A DNA stretch of 64,000 bases from an uncultured Chloroflexia bacterium (GTDB lineage Bacteria > Chloroflexota > Dehalococcoidia > DSTF01 > JALHUB01): the NCBI GenBank assembly GCA_963726245.1, contig CAVSBT010000044.1, forward strand, positions 28,177-92,176, read 5' to 3'. This document shows, one piece after another, positions 30,126-42,818 of the stretch. The position numbers and the translations under genes were made by a program. The notes beneath the pieces are model-generated. The model ran no database searches. It was not told where the DNA came from and saw only the letters and a list, made by a program, of their open reading frames with translations. Position 1 is the stretch's first letter. Each line of letters opens with the position of its first letter.

Positions 30126-30983
30126 CTATGCCAGTGCCGTAGTCACGGCGGGCAAGGTCACTTCAGATTGGCAAGGCCGAAGGCCGCGCGCTAAGTGACC
30201 CCCGGGAGCACGTGGGTTCCATTTGAGATTCGCCCTTACCGCTCCCCGTACGGTCTCGAGGTCTACGCCCCTGCCCAGAGCCGTGGCCAAGAGAGCCGAG
30301 ATGTCTTTGGGCAGGCATTCCCCCGAAAACCCTCGTGCAGCAGGGTAGACAAGAGAATGGCTTGTTCCGATTCGGCTATCAAAGAGCAATAGGGAGCGCA
30401 GCTCCTCGAAGTCTACCGAGAGAGCCTGCGCCAAGTCGTAGAGCTCGTTGAAGAAGGCAACCTTAAGGCCCAGATACGCATTGTCGGCGTACTTCACCAG
30501 TTCAGCCGTTCTTGGTGATGTCTTGAGAATCGTTGTCTTCGGCCCGTAGGCCAGACGGCAGATCTCTTCTGCGCGGCCAACGGCAGGTTCGTAGCCACCC
30601 AGTATCAGGAAGGGTAGATTCGACAAGTCCGCGTACAGGTGTCCCGGCGTCGTTCCCACGAACTCGGGAGAGAATACGATGTTGCCCCCTCGTTCCTCGT
30701 TCAGAATATCCGTGGTTCCGACAGCGACCGTGCTATGGCAGATCAACAGAACCGATGCTGGTACAACGCTGACAGCCTCTCTGACAATCGATATGTCACA
30801 TGAACCGTCCGCTGCGGGCGGAGTGGGGACACAGACGAAAGCAGCGTCCCACGCCGACGGATCACAGTCGAGGCCTATCGCCAACGGCGGATCGTACAAT
30901 TCGACATCGAACTTGGTTCTCAGCAGACTGTGTATCGCCTTTCCGACCATTCCAAAGCCAATGATACCCACACGCATCTTCAT
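30126..30983 (-). CDS. Short UDP-glucose/GDP-mannose dehydrogenase-family protein
   Basis: GFGMVG, CVPTP, SPEF, AELVKY..N and GFSGECLPKD motifs. Lacks the usual C-terminal domain. Confidence 0.85.
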   Translation of the reverse strand: MKMRVGIIGFGMVGKAIHSLLRTKFDVELYDPPLAIGLDCDPSAWDAAFVCVPTPPAADGSCDISIVREAVSVVPASVLLICHSTVAVGTTDILNEERGGNIVFSPEFVGTTPGHLYADLSNLPFLILGGYEPAVGRAEEICRLAYGPKTTILKTSPRTAELVKYADNAYLGLKVAFFNELYDLAQALSVDFEELRSLLLFDSRIGTSHSLVYPAARGFSGECLPKDISALLATALGRGVDLETVRGAVRANLKWNPRAPGGHLARGLRPCQSEVTLPAVTTALA

Positions 30984-30989
30984 CGTCGG

Positions 30990-32111
30990 TCACCTCCCCG
31001 CAGAGATGCATTGCACCATCGCCTCAAACTCTCCGGCCCACCACTCAATTGTCCGCGGCCGGATCCGCTCGTAGCCGCCCTCGCCCATTCGCCGGCGCTG
31101 ATCGGGGTCGACCGCCAGCCGGCGCATCCGGTCCAGAAGGGCGTCGCTGTCGGCGGCCGGGACGATGAAGCCGGTCTCCCCGTCCAGCACTCGTTCGCGG
31201 ATCTCACCGGCGTTCTCGGTGGCAATCACCGGCAGGCCGGCGGCCATCGCCTCTTGCACCACGTGGCCGTAGGGGTCGCCCAGGGTCGGGAACACCAGCA
31301 CGTCCGCAAGGCCGTACCATCGAGGCAGGCCTGGCTTCTGAACGAAGCCGGGGAAGACCACGTTTGGCAGGTCCTCGGCCCGCGCGCGGTAGCGGGCCTC
31401 GTCGGCGCCGTCGCCGACCAGCACCAGAGATGCAGGCACGCCTTCGGCCCTCAGCCGAGCGTAGGCGTCCAGCAGATAGTCGATACCTTTGCCGCTCCAG
31501 AGGCGGCCGACGTACAGGTAGACGCAGCCCGTCAAGCCAAGCCGGCGGCGGGCCTCGCTGTCCTGCCGGGCCTGACGGGCGCCGAAGGCGAAGTGCTGGA
31601 CGTCGACCGGTTCCGGAAACGCCCAGATCCGGCCGGGGCGGGCGCCGTAGTGGCTAACGTAGGCGGCGGCGTCGGCACCGGGCACATGGAAGGCGTCCAC
31701 CCGGGGAAACAGCCAGCGCTTGGCGAGTTCTCGATGCCGGCTAACGGGGCGCCAGGTGTCGAACACCTTCATCGCATGGAGCATCACTTTCACGCGACGC
31801 TGCTTTGCCAGCAGGGCTCCCGCGACGAAGGAGAGGTTCTCGTACAGAGTGATCAGCAGGTCCGGCTGCAACTGGCGCAACTGGGGGAGGGGGACCTGCA
31901 GGCCGGCCAGCCGCGAGCGTTGCAGGTAGCTGTAGGGGAACATCCAGCGCGATTCGTCCACGTGCCAGCTCCGGTCCGGTTCGAGCCGCTGGTTGAAGCA
32001 GACGTGCAGGTCGACGTTGGCCCGCCGGGCGATGACATTGAAGCGCTCCACCATGTAGGGCGCTGGAATGTTGTTCCAGTAAACGACGCGGGGATTCGAT
32101 GTCGCCGTCAT
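30990..32111 (-). CDS. Glycosyltransferase family 4
   Basis: VVYWNNIPAPY, VGRLWSGKG and DPYGHVVQEAMAAGLPVI motifs. Probable start at MTATSN (32111). Confidence 0.9.
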   Translation of the reverse strand: MTATSNPRVVYWNNIPAPYMVERFNVIARRANVDLHVCFNQRLEPDRSWHVDESRWMFPYSYLQRSRLAGLQVPLPQLRQLQPDLLITLYENLSFVAGALLAKQRRVKVMLHAMKVFDTWRPVSRHRELAKRWLFPRVDAFHVPGADAAAYVSHYGARPGRIWAFPEPVDVQHFAFGARQARQDSEARRRLGLTGCVYLYVGRLWSGKGIDYLLDAYARLRAEGVPASLVLVGDGADEARYRARAEDLPNVVFPGFVQKPGLPRWYGLADVLVFPTLGDPYGHVVQEAMAAGLPVIATENAGEIRERVLDGETGFIVPAADSDALLDRMRRLAVDPDQRRRMGEGGYERIRPRTIEWWAGEFEAMVQCISAGR

Positions 32112-32327
32112 TTGACCGCCACCAGCAGTGTGTTCCCGGACAGGAAGTTCTTGACAGCCGCCGCCGGCGCCCACCGGTCCAGCAGCAACGCGATCGATAA
32201 TCCCCTTCTCCCAGCGTCGGGGCACCAGGCCGGTGACCGACACATCGAGACAGAGCCGGGTGAGGGCCTCGTACTTCGCCTGAGCAGAGCGGGTCACACA
32301 TGTGTGGCCGATCACGAGCACGCGCAT
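32112..32327 (-). pseudogene. N-terminal remnant of another GT4, in frame with the downstream GT4
   Basis: MRVLVIGHTCV...K.EAL...VPRRW is itself a typical GT4 N-terminus; GGAGG RBS. Confidence 0.55.
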
Positions 32328-32332
32328 CGCCG

Positions 32333-33682
32333 CTAAGCAACCCTCCTAGTAGCGCTCACCCCGCTGCTCGGGCCGCCTTCTTCGGCTTGGATCGGCGGCA
32401 TGGCCCCAACCTCCTCCACAGCCTGCTTCGGATCCCGCCCCTGCAGTATTGCCTCGTAAGCGCGGCGGACGCGCTCCCCGTAGTGCCCCCACGTGTAGCG
32501 TGCCTCAATCAGCGCTCGTCCCCGTGCTCCCATCTCTCTGCCAAGCTCCGGGTGAGCGTGGAGAAACGCAATCTTCTCCTGCAGCGCCTCGATGTCCCGC
32601 AGCGGCACAATGAAGCCATCGATACCATCACGCACGACTGAGCCGCTGTTCGTTGTCGTAAGCACCGGCAGGCCGGAGGCCATCGCTTCGTAGGCCACGA
32701 GCGCCGAGCCTTCTGCTAGCGATGGGAACACGAAGAGATCGCTCTGGCGGAACCAGTGATCCACCTCATGCTTGGGCACCTGCCCGACCCACTTGTAGAG
32801 ACCGGCGTATTCGCGCAGGATCTGTCGCCCATCCTCATCCACCCCACCAACCAGGAGAAGTTCAGCGTTCGGCAAAGGCCGCCTGCGCCAGGCCTCCAGC
32901 AGGTAACGGACCCCTTTGCGCAGGCCGATCTGCCCTACGTACAGGACGCGGAACATACCGTCCTCGCGGTCGCACACGGGAGAGAACTGGTCCACGTTCA
33001 CGCCATAGGGGATGAGCACGATCTTCTCCAGGGGGACACCGTGCTCCAGGAGACAACGCACCACGAACTCCGAGGGCGCGAAGAGATAATCGGCAAGCTC
33101 ACGCTCTGCCCTCAACCGCGAGTTCGACGTGAAGCGACTAATGTCCCCACCTTCCTCCAGTACGACCTGCATGCCGTATTCATGGGCGATGGGTACGTCC
33201 AGCACAGTCGTTGCGCCGAGCTCCCTGGCTGCACGCAGAGTGCAAAGGGCTGCGCCCTCGAAGGCATGGACGATAGCCGGCGGCGCGCTGCGTCTCAGCC
33301 AGCGGCCGACCGCCGCATCGAACCGTTCATGAGCCCAGTATTCGGCGTTCCACCGTCTGAATACAGGCATGCCCTGCACCGCGCGGTAGGCAAACGCTAT
33401 CAGGTGGTGCGTCGGGAAGGTCATAACCAAACGAGGGTCAAGTTCCGGATTCCAGCGCCTCCGCAGGTTGCCTTCGATCCACCTTCGCAGGGGTGGCGGA
33501 GTCCCGCGCCAGAACCGTTCGCTGAATAGCCCTCTGTTCGTCCGGTAGACACCGACTACAAAGCAGCGGAGGAGACCGGCCTCCTGGAGAGCGATAGCAG
33601 TAGCATATGCATGCTGGTGCACGGGCTGACTGAGCACCACCCGTCCGGGGGCGAACTCAACGTTATTCCGGCCCTTGTTCAT
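32333..33682 (-). CDS. Glycosyltransferase family 4
   Basis: VGQIGLRKG and EGSALVAYEAMASGLPV motifs. ATG 33682 overlaps the restored wzy stop (ATGA). Confidence 0.9.
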   Translation of the reverse strand: MNKGRNNVEFAPGRVVLSQPVHQHAYATAIALQEAGLLRCFVVGVYRTNRGLFSERFWRGTPPPLRRWIEGNLRRRWNPELDPRLVMTFPTHHLIAFAYRAVQGMPVFRRWNAEYWAHERFDAAVGRWLRRSAPPAIVHAFEGAALCTLRAARELGATTVLDVPIAHEYGMQVVLEEGGDISRFTSNSRLRAERELADYLFAPSEFVVRCLLEHGVPLEKIVLIPYGVNVDQFSPVCDREDGMFRVLYVGQIGLRKGVRYLLEAWRRRPLPNAELLLVGGVDEDGRQILREYAGLYKWVGQVPKHEVDHWFRQSDLFVFPSLAEGSALVAYEAMASGLPVLTTTNSGSVVRDGIDGFIVPLRDIEALQEKIAFLHAHPELGREMGARGRALIEARYTWGHYGERVRRAYEAILQGRDPKQAVEEVGAMPPIQAEEGGPSSGVSATRRVA

Positions 33683-35200
33683 AAGAGACAAGACTGCACG
33701 TCCTGCAACGCCTCCTGGCCTTGCTCCTCGCTGCTGCTGCGGTCGAGGACTGCCACCTTCGCCAGCACCCCCACCAGCAGCCAGAAGTACACGTTGATCG
33801 GGTCGAAATCCGAGATATTGTGCCTTCATGTCGTAGACCAGGTTCCAGGCAAGAAATGCCAGGATCGCCGCCGATACGACGCGAAGCTGGGCGTCGCGCA
33901 GGCGAAAGTGGTTGTGCAGGCCACGAACCATGATGGACCCCATAAGAAGTGCAACGAGCAAGAGGCCCACAATGCCCAGCTCCAGCACCACCTTAACGTA
34001 CCAGCTTTCATACCAGGTGCCGCCCACAGCCTGGAACATCTTCGGGTCTGCAAAGGCGTAGCGGCTGGCGCCTGTGTCGATTCCCGTACCGAGGCCGCCC
34101 CAGCTGACGCCCAGGGCCTGGCGAAAGCCATCAACAAAACTGCTTAACTCCCCCCTCCCCGTCTCGAACGCGTGTCCGATTACCTCCCCCCCACGGGCGC
34201 CGATTACGGCGAAGGTCGCGAAAAGGACCACCCCCATAGCGAGCGCCCTACTCGGAGACATCCCCATCCTGCGACGCTCCAGGAGAAGGATGAGCACAAC
34301 CATCAACGGGCCGAGCAGGAACGCCCCCCGCGCGCCGCTCAGGAACACCGCCGCCAGCATCACCAACCAGACAAGACAGCCCAGAAAACTGAACGATGTG
34401 CCTGCAAGGTAACCACGCCACCAGGCGTAGGTCACAGCTATCATGCTTGAGCCGAAGATGTAGTACTGTGTCACAGACGAGAATGTGCTGGGGATGCGTC
34501 GGATGAACCCTCCGCTCTGGAAGTTGAACTCGGCGAAGCCCTGAGTAGCAGACGCAGCCGCTCCCCCATAGTAATGGTATACGAGCGCGGATTGACCACC
34601 ATGGATGAGCAGCGCCTCGGCGATGCCGATGACGGCAGGGATCAGAGCCACGATGCTCATGAGACCGAGCAGTCGGGACAGATCCTGCTTGTCTCGCACC
34701 AGGTGATAGCCGAGGAAACAGAGGGGAATGTACATCAGCCAGACCTTCACGCCGAGCGCCCCCACGAGGCGGTTGGGAAGGGAAGGGTTGAAGGCCTGTA
34801 CCACCACCAGAAGCGCCAGCATGGCGAACAGAACGATAGGCGCGCCTGCAAAAGAGAAGGGGAGCCGCCGCACACTGTAGTAGGCAGCGAAGCCCACGTA
34901 CGCCGGAATGACGAACAGGATATCCTTCAACAGCACAGGCAGGGTGGTGTCCGGATACATGGCGAGTACCGGGATGCCTGAGACGGGGAGGTAGATCAGG
35001 AGCCCGTAGACCGACCAGCGCCAGTTCAGCATGCCGATCACGAGCGCCACAGCAAACACGAGAAGGCCGACCAGCGGGAACGCATAGCCGCCTCCGGCAG
35101 CAAGCCCGACCAGGCCAGAGACGGCGATGGCGACGACCAGCGCCCAGATCTCCCTCGGAACGGATACGACACCAATGCGAAGGGCGGCGCTACGAAGCAT
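33679..35200 (-). CDS. Polysaccharide polymerase / O-antigen ligase-like (Wzy); frameshift near 33810
   Basis: Many TM helices; SGARG, GLGTG and ESWY.K..ELG motifs. Removing one G restores DFDPINVYFWLL and a stop at 33679. Confidence 0.8.
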
Positions 35201-35221
35201 CTCATCCTGCTCCGGTTGACA

Positions 35222-36715
35222 CTACGATGAACGCTGACCGTCCCATGCTGTCCTTCCCGCGACTAGCTCTGCCTCGCGCAACCCTCGCCGCCGGGCCCCG
35301 GTCGGTAGCAGGCTTGTCAGGAGCACCCACCACTGACGAAGGTCTGACAGGCGGGGAATAAACAGATCAGAAAGCCGAACGCCGGTTCTGAGAGTAAACT
35401 GTACAACAACCGCCAGCGCGACAGCATATGACAAGCTAACGCCCAGGGCAGCGCCTGGCAGGCCAAGCAGTGGCACCATAACCCCCAGGGCCGCCAGGCC
35501 CACCACCCAACCCACGATTTCTGCGATGGTAGCGCCGACTGGCTTCCCTGCACCGCGAAGACAATCGCCGAGCAATTGGCGTAGCGACGCCGCCACGATC
35601 CCCAAGACCAGAATCCGGACGGCCGGCACCGCCGGAGCGAAATCGCCGCCGTAGATGACGGGCACCAGCAGCCCGGCCACCCCAACAATCAAGCCGGCGG
35701 TGGCCAGGTTCATCAACAGTGAGAGCCGAAGGATCTGTCCCGTCAGGAGTCGTTGCTCTGTCACTGTTGGAGCGGCTGCCACTTCCGGCAGCGCGACCAA
35801 CCCTAGGGCTGTCCCCTGGGCCCTCAGTACCAGGGACGCCGATATGGCGATGGAGTAGAGCCCCGCGTCATATGCGCCGAGCAGGGCTGTCACAAGGAGA
35901 AGGTCGAGTTGCATGGAATCGACGGGGGTCAGGTTGCCGATGTGCGCCCGCAGCCCGTAACCAAGCGTGCGCCGCAGCAACCTCAAATCAATCTGGGGCA
36001 GGCCAAAGGCACGCAGGAAGGACCGCAATGACAGCGAAAGGACCAGCGTGAGCGCGAAAACGTTGGACAGAAGCGTCGCAACAACCATCCAGTGGACGGA
36101 CCGCAGGCCTATGCCCATGAGCAGCACAAGAACGACTGCATAGGAGAGCGGCACTGATAAGCGAACGGCGTTGAACCAAAGAAACGCCCGTGAGCCCTGA
36201 TTCAGGGCGTTCACGTACCGTGTCAACAGATTCAGAGGCAGATAGGTGACAAGGAAGATGATGCCGGTGAGCGCGACAGTGGATCCAAATCGGTGGAGCG
36301 CCAGTAGTAGAATCACGGAGCCCAACGCTGACAGGGTCAGCCACTGCGCAAGCGAGGCCACCAGGGCATTGCCGATGAGTGCCGGAATCTGGCGGCGGTC
36401 TCGGGCCGATTCGTATACGTACGCAAGAGGCAACCCAAGATCGCCAAGATACGCAATGACCGACGGCCAGAGGATGATTGCAGCGAACTGGCCCCGGCCC
36501 TCCACACCCAGAACGCGTGCCACCAGTACCCCCGTGATCAGTCCGACGGCGCAGATGCCGAACGTGACCAACAATGTCTCGAGGATGCGAAGCGCGTACC
36601 CCCGGGACTTCACCGTTGCTTCGGCAGCCATCACGTCTTCACCTGAGGAGCCAGCAATAGGGCGCCAAGTTTCCGCCCTGTCCGGCGGTATCGGAAGCCC
36701 CGTTTCGGCGGTCAT
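35222..36715 (-). CDS. Oligosaccharide flippase (Wzx/MOP family)
   Basis: ARVLGVEGRG.F, DLGL, GLYS.A, YG.DF and PLLG..GAA motifs; many TM segments. Confidence 0.88.
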   Translation of the reverse strand: MTAETGLPIPPDRAETWRPIAGSSGEDVMAAEATVKSRGYALRILETLLVTFGICAVGLITGVLVARVLGVEGRGQFAAIILWPSVIAYLGDLGLPLAYVYESARDRRQIPALIGNALVASLAQWLTLSALGSVILLLALHRFGSTVALTGIIFLVTYLPLNLLTRYVNALNQGSRAFLWFNAVRLSVPLSYAVVLVLLMGIGLRSVHWMVVATLLSNVFALTLVLSLSLRSFLRAFGLPQIDLRLLRRTLGYGLRAHIGNLTPVDSMQLDLLLVTALLGAYDAGLYSIAISASLVLRAQGTALGLVALPEVAAAPTVTEQRLLTGQILRLSLLMNLATAGLIVGVAGLLVPVIYGGDFAPAVPAVRILVLGIVAASLRQLLGDCLRGAGKPVGATIAEIVGWVVGLAALGVMVPLLGLPGAALGVSLSYAVALAVVVQFTLRTGVRLSDLFIPRLSDLRQWWVLLTSLLPTGARRRGLREAELVAGRTAWDGQRSS

Positions 36716-37885
36716 CTAGAAGCGCTCACGATCACCTTGCGGGTCGTCGATCGCACTGTGCGCCGTAACCGTCTCTCGCGAGCGGCCGTTGAGGGCCGCG
36801 GTTTCGACCTGTCGTTTCAGATCGGGGCGCAGATACCTGGTCGCCGGCTGATAATGCGTGCAATCCTCGCACACATCGGGAATCTGTCTCTCATGGAGCC
36901 AGCGGCGCCGGAGATCCGCGAGCTTCGAACCTGACCAGAGTTCGAGGAGGGAAGCTGAGTGCGCGTTACCGAGCAGGAGATCGTCGCCGACATCCAAGTC
37001 ACGACATCCACAAACGGAGACTCTCCCATCCCAAAGCACGGTGAGACCGAAATAGAGCATCGAGCACGGGTAGGTCTTTCTTGGCGGGCGGCGCAACTGC
37101 ATCCCTGCTGGCAGCTCCTCACGTGCAATTCGACCGCTCCAGCTATCGAACCGGAGGTTGGCGTCCACGCCGTCTACTAGGGGGGCAATCCTGCGGAAGT
37201 CCGGTTTCCTGCGAATAACAGACATCGGCTCATCGGCTCGGATACAGATGCTGACCTTCACCGGATGCCCCATCCCTTCATTTCGCTCAAGGAGTTCGAC
37301 CAGCCCGTCATACATCTGCCGGTAACGCGTCGATCGGTAGATTCGCCTATACGAAGCGTCGTCGAATCCGGCAGTACTCAGCCGCAACTCTGAAAGACCG
37401 GACTTCAAGATGCGGTCGACACCGACCTTGCGGAACAAGATGCCATTCGTGAATAGGCTCGTTGACTTGACCCCTTGATCTCTAGCGAGGGAGATCCGTT
37501 CTAATATGTATGGGTCAACGAGTGGCTCCCCGACCATTGGCGTAAAGCCGAGTCCGAGGACGCCCAGATCGGCAACTTCTTGTGTCAAGCGACGGCACAG
37601 CGACATGTCCATGACGCCAGTCGGGCGCTGCTGATATTGATATGCGCAAAAAACGCAGTTGGCGTTGCATATGTTTGTTGTCTCAAAGCCGACGCTTTGC
37701 GGCAGTACTTCAGCCTTCTCAAGCACGTTGCGCACGTCGTAGACCTTCGTAAGCCACCAATCAGCCAGAGTCGTGACCACCTTTCGTGCAGCACGCTTGG
37801 CAAGGTAAGGGTCGATGATCATCGCTCCGCTCCCCCTCGTCTCGCCCTGGCGGGCGGTCCCTCCCGCGACTGGGGCGACCTTCAC
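36716..37885 (-). CDS. Radical SAM protein with SPASM/twitch domain
   Basis: CNANCVFC, GEPL, and C-terminal C..DG.V..CGC..CEDC motifs. The start may be at MIID further downstream. Confidence 0.9.
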   Translation of the reverse strand: MKVAPVAGGTARQGETRGSGAMIIDPYLAKRAARKVVTTLADWWLTKVYDVRNVLEKAEVLPQSVGFETTNICNANCVFCAYQYQQRPTGVMDMSLCRRLTQEVADLGVLGLGFTPMVGEPLVDPYILERISLARDQGVKSTSLFTNGILFRKVGVDRILKSGLSELRLSTAGFDDASYRRIYRSTRYRQMYDGLVELLERNEGMGHPVKVSICIRADEPMSVIRRKPDFRRIAPLVDGVDANLRFDSWSGRIAREELPAGMQLRRPPRKTYPCSMLYFGLTVLWDGRVSVCGCRDLDVGDDLLLGNAHSASLLELWSGSKLADLRRRWLHERQIPDVCEDCTHYQPATRYLRPDLKRQVETAALNGRSRETVTAHSAIDDPQGDRERF

Positions 37886-37903
37886 TGTGTCCTGCCCCTT
37901 CTC

Positions 37904-38746
37904 CTACCTCAGTAGCCAGTGATGCGCCGCCAAACGTTCGAAGGTATACGATGGAAGAAGGCTCCGCGCCTCAGCCAGCAGGGTGTCGTCCGAGAATTCG
38001 ATGATGAGCCGGGGCCTGGCGCTCGATAGCAGACCAAGGCCACCCCGCAGGACATCCACTTCCGCACCTTCGACGTCAACCTTGATGAGATGGGGCGGCG
38101 CAACCGACCGGGCTAACTCGTCAAGCGTGCAGCAGCGCACACAGAGCCCTTGCTCCTCGCCGCGCTCTCGCATGAGAGTCCACATAGTGCTGGACTTGTG
38201 GGCATGCAGCACAGCCTCTCCGCCAGTAGCGGAAAGAGCGATGTCATGCACGGTGATGTTCTCGAGGTCATTCATTCCGATTGAGGCCGCTAGGCGCTGG
38301 CGATTCCGCGGCATCGGTTCAAACGAGTGAACCTGCCCCGAATCCCCCACAAACCGGCTCCCGAGCAGAGTAAAGAACCCGATATGGGCACCAACGTCCC
38401 AGAACCTCATGCCTGGTCTCAAGATGCTCGCCACCGCCTGCTGCACAGTCGTCTCATGCGTGCCGCTCCAGTAGTATTTTTCGCTCCGCGGGTAGATCAG
38501 CAGCCGTAGCCCCTTGCCAAGGCCGGAGCGCACCACAATCGGGGTCGGAGCCTCAGGCACAAGGCGGTTGACCAGCGGGCGCAGCACCATTGCGCCAAAT
38601 GTGTTGCTGCGCAGCGAAGCCGCGATGGAGGGGGGGATAACGTTCATGATCGCGACGATCTTGGTACCAGCCGCCACGGCTCCACCTCCAGGATCGTTCA
38701 CTAGCGCAGGCCCAGAGACGCCACTCTTGCGCCAGCGCCATTTCAC
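37904..38746 (-). CDS. FkbM family methyltransferase
   Basis: DVGAHIG, FEP and IKVDVEGAE motifs. Confidence 0.9.
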   Translation of the reverse strand: MKWRWRKSGVSGPALVNDPGGGAVAAGTKIVAIMNVIPPSIAASLRSNTFGAMVLRPLVNRLVPEAPTPIVVRSGLGKGLRLLIYPRSEKYYWSGTHETTVQQAVASILRPGMRFWDVGAHIGFFTLLGSRFVGDSGQVHSFEPMPRNRQRLAASIGMNDLENITVHDIALSATGGEAVLHAHKSSTMWTLMRERGEEQGLCVRCCTLDELARSVAPPHLIKVDVEGAEVDVLRGGLGLLSSARPRLIIEFSDDTLLAEARSLLPSYTFERLAAHHWLLR

Positions 38747-38803
38747 CCCCGGCGCGACGACGTCCAGATCCGCTCGGTCTTGGCGTTCCAGGGCGGTTTG
38801 CGA

Positions 38804-40798
<1,995 letters not shown>

Positions 40799-40802
<4 letters not shown>

Positions 40803-42070
40803 ATCTCCACCTCCTTTAGGGCCTCTGCCGCCACACTGCCACGGCTATCGGCAGCAAGCACAAGGGTCAACAGCTGCTTATAGCCATCGATTGCCGCCGC
40901 CTTGGAAAGCTCTGCCGCTGACCAGGTGTGGGCCGACTTGCCCATCTGGGCGCACAGCTCCTCGTCATCGGCCAGCCTCTGGAGCGCGTCTAGAAGAACC
41001 TTAGGTTCGTCAGGTGCTACCACCAGGCCGCCGCCGCTGGCCTCGATCTCGCGCGCGGCCTCGCTTGTGAGCTGGACGGCTGCAACGAGGGGCTTGCCCA
41101 CGGCGAAGTAGGAGGTCAACTTGGAGGGTAGCGACATGTCACGCACGCTGCCGCGTTGATTGACGAGCAAGATATCAGAGGCGGCGAGAATGCTGGGGAA
41201 GATGCTCGCTGGCTGTATCGGCAGGAAGCGCACATTGGGAAGGGCGTACCCGGCCGCCAACTGCTCCAGGTGTGACCTCTGACTCCCGTCTCCCAGTAGC
41301 ACAAAGAGCAGCCGTTGATCCCGCTGCGCGGCCCACCGGGCGCACTCGACCACGCCCTCGAGTCCCTGCTTGTGCCCCATGTTGCCAGCATGAAGGCACA
41401 CGATGGCGTCGTGCGGCAGGCCAAGCTGTTCGCGCACGACATCCCTGTCCACCGTGCGGTTCTGAAGATGCGTCCAGTTTCGAACACGGAGGATGCGGGC
41501 TGGTTGTACGCCCAGAGACTCGAGGTAGGACCGAAAGCCCTCGGCGATAACACCAACGGCGGCTGCACCACGCGCGACCCATCCTTCGGCCGCACGCACC
41601 ACGCTGGCCACCCGCTCACCGCCGCTTATGCCGCTTTGTTCCGCGGCCTGTCCCATCAAGTCCTGAAAGATGAGCCCGTACGGGACGCGGAAGCGCCGCG
41701 CTGCCAGGCGCGCCAGCAGTCCTCCACTCAGGCTCGGGACGACGCCGATTACAGCATCTTGCCGTGGAAAGGCCAGCGCCGAAAGGCCTGTGAGGAGAAA
41801 GGTCCCTTCGTACAGCGCGCGCCGGACGGCCGACTGCTTGCCGGGCACGTAGTGCCACCGGCGGCGGACATCGACGCCGTTTCGTTCTTCTCGGAGCCAG
41901 GTTCGCCACCGATAGCCGTCGAACACGCTCCAGGCGGGGTAGTGCGGCAGGCCAGTGACCACCGTGACCTCATGGCCCTGGTCCGCCAGGTATTCAGCGA
42001 GGCCGGCGGTGTAAGGGGCGATGCCGGTCTCTTCCGGCAGGTAGTTGATGCCAAGAAGCAGGACTCTCAT
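40799..42070 (-). CDS. WcaI-like glycosyltransferase family 4
   Basis: GINY.PE.TGIAPY, GNMG.KQGL and PSKL..Y motifs. Confidence 0.88.
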
Positions 42071-42816
42071 TGACCGTCTGCCCTAGCCAAACATTTCAAG
42101 GTCGCCAGGAGACACCGTAGGTCCCCGGCAAGCGTGATGTTGGCCACGTACTTGACATCCAAGGCAATCCTTACCTGTGGAGGGATTTCGTTACGGCCTG
42201 CCACCTGCCAAGGGCCTGTTATCGCCGGCGTCGAGTCCAGGATCTCCGGGTACGAGGACGGAAGCGCGATCTCTTCAACGGCGTACGGTCTGGGACCGAC
42301 CAGGCTCATCTCTCCCGTAATCACATGCCAGAGCTGCGGCAGTTCGTCGATGCTGAACCGTCGGAGGATGGCCCCTATCCTGGTCCTCCGCGGGTCTTCC
42401 GGAAGCTTCAGACGCTCTTCATACTCGCGTGCTAGCATGGGCTTCGCTTCCAAGAGATCGGCCAGCATGTGGTGAGCTCCGTTCACCATGGTTCTGAACT
42501 TCAACATGTGAAAGGGGCGTCCATGCCGTCCAACGCGCTTGGCGCGGTAGAGAACCGGCCATCCGGACAGCAGCAGTACAGCGAGGGCAACAACGGCAAT
42601 GATCGGAAGGAGCCCGACAAGAAGCACCGTGCCCAGCGTGATGTCCAAGAGACGTTTGCCTCGCCGCTGGTAGAACGTGGCGGCCGCCGACCGATACCTC
42701 AGTGTTGGAGCGGCGCGGGCCAACAGCCTCTCGATGCTCTCAACATCGACTTCCGCTTCTGCCTCCGACATCTGCGGTCTCAATACCTCAATAGGCTGTG
42801 TTCCCTGGCTTGTCAT
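42067..42816 (-). CDS. Priming phosphoglycosyl transferase (WbaP/WcaJ-type)
   Basis: KRLLDI, KFRTM, DPR.T.IG and DELPQL...GEMSLVGPRP motifs. Confidence 0.92.
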   Translation of the reverse strand: MTSQGTQPIEVLRPQMSEAEAEVDVESIERLLARAAPTLRYRSAAATFYQRRGKRLLDITLGTVLLVGLLPIIAVVALAVLLLSGWPVLYRAKRVGRHGRPFHMLKFRTMVNGAHHMLADLLEAKPMLAREYEERLKLPEDPRRTRIGAILRRFSIDELPQLWHVITGEMSLVGPRPYAVEEIALPSSYPEILDSTPAITGPWQVAGRNEIPPQVRIALDVKYVANITLAGDLRCLLATLKCLARADGQ

Positions 42817-42818
42817 GT

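Noticed and set aside
32333-35200. 955-aa Wzy::GT4 fusion
   Set aside because: Deleting one G near 33810 restores the last TM helix and a TGA overlapping the GT4 ATG, so these are two coupled genes.
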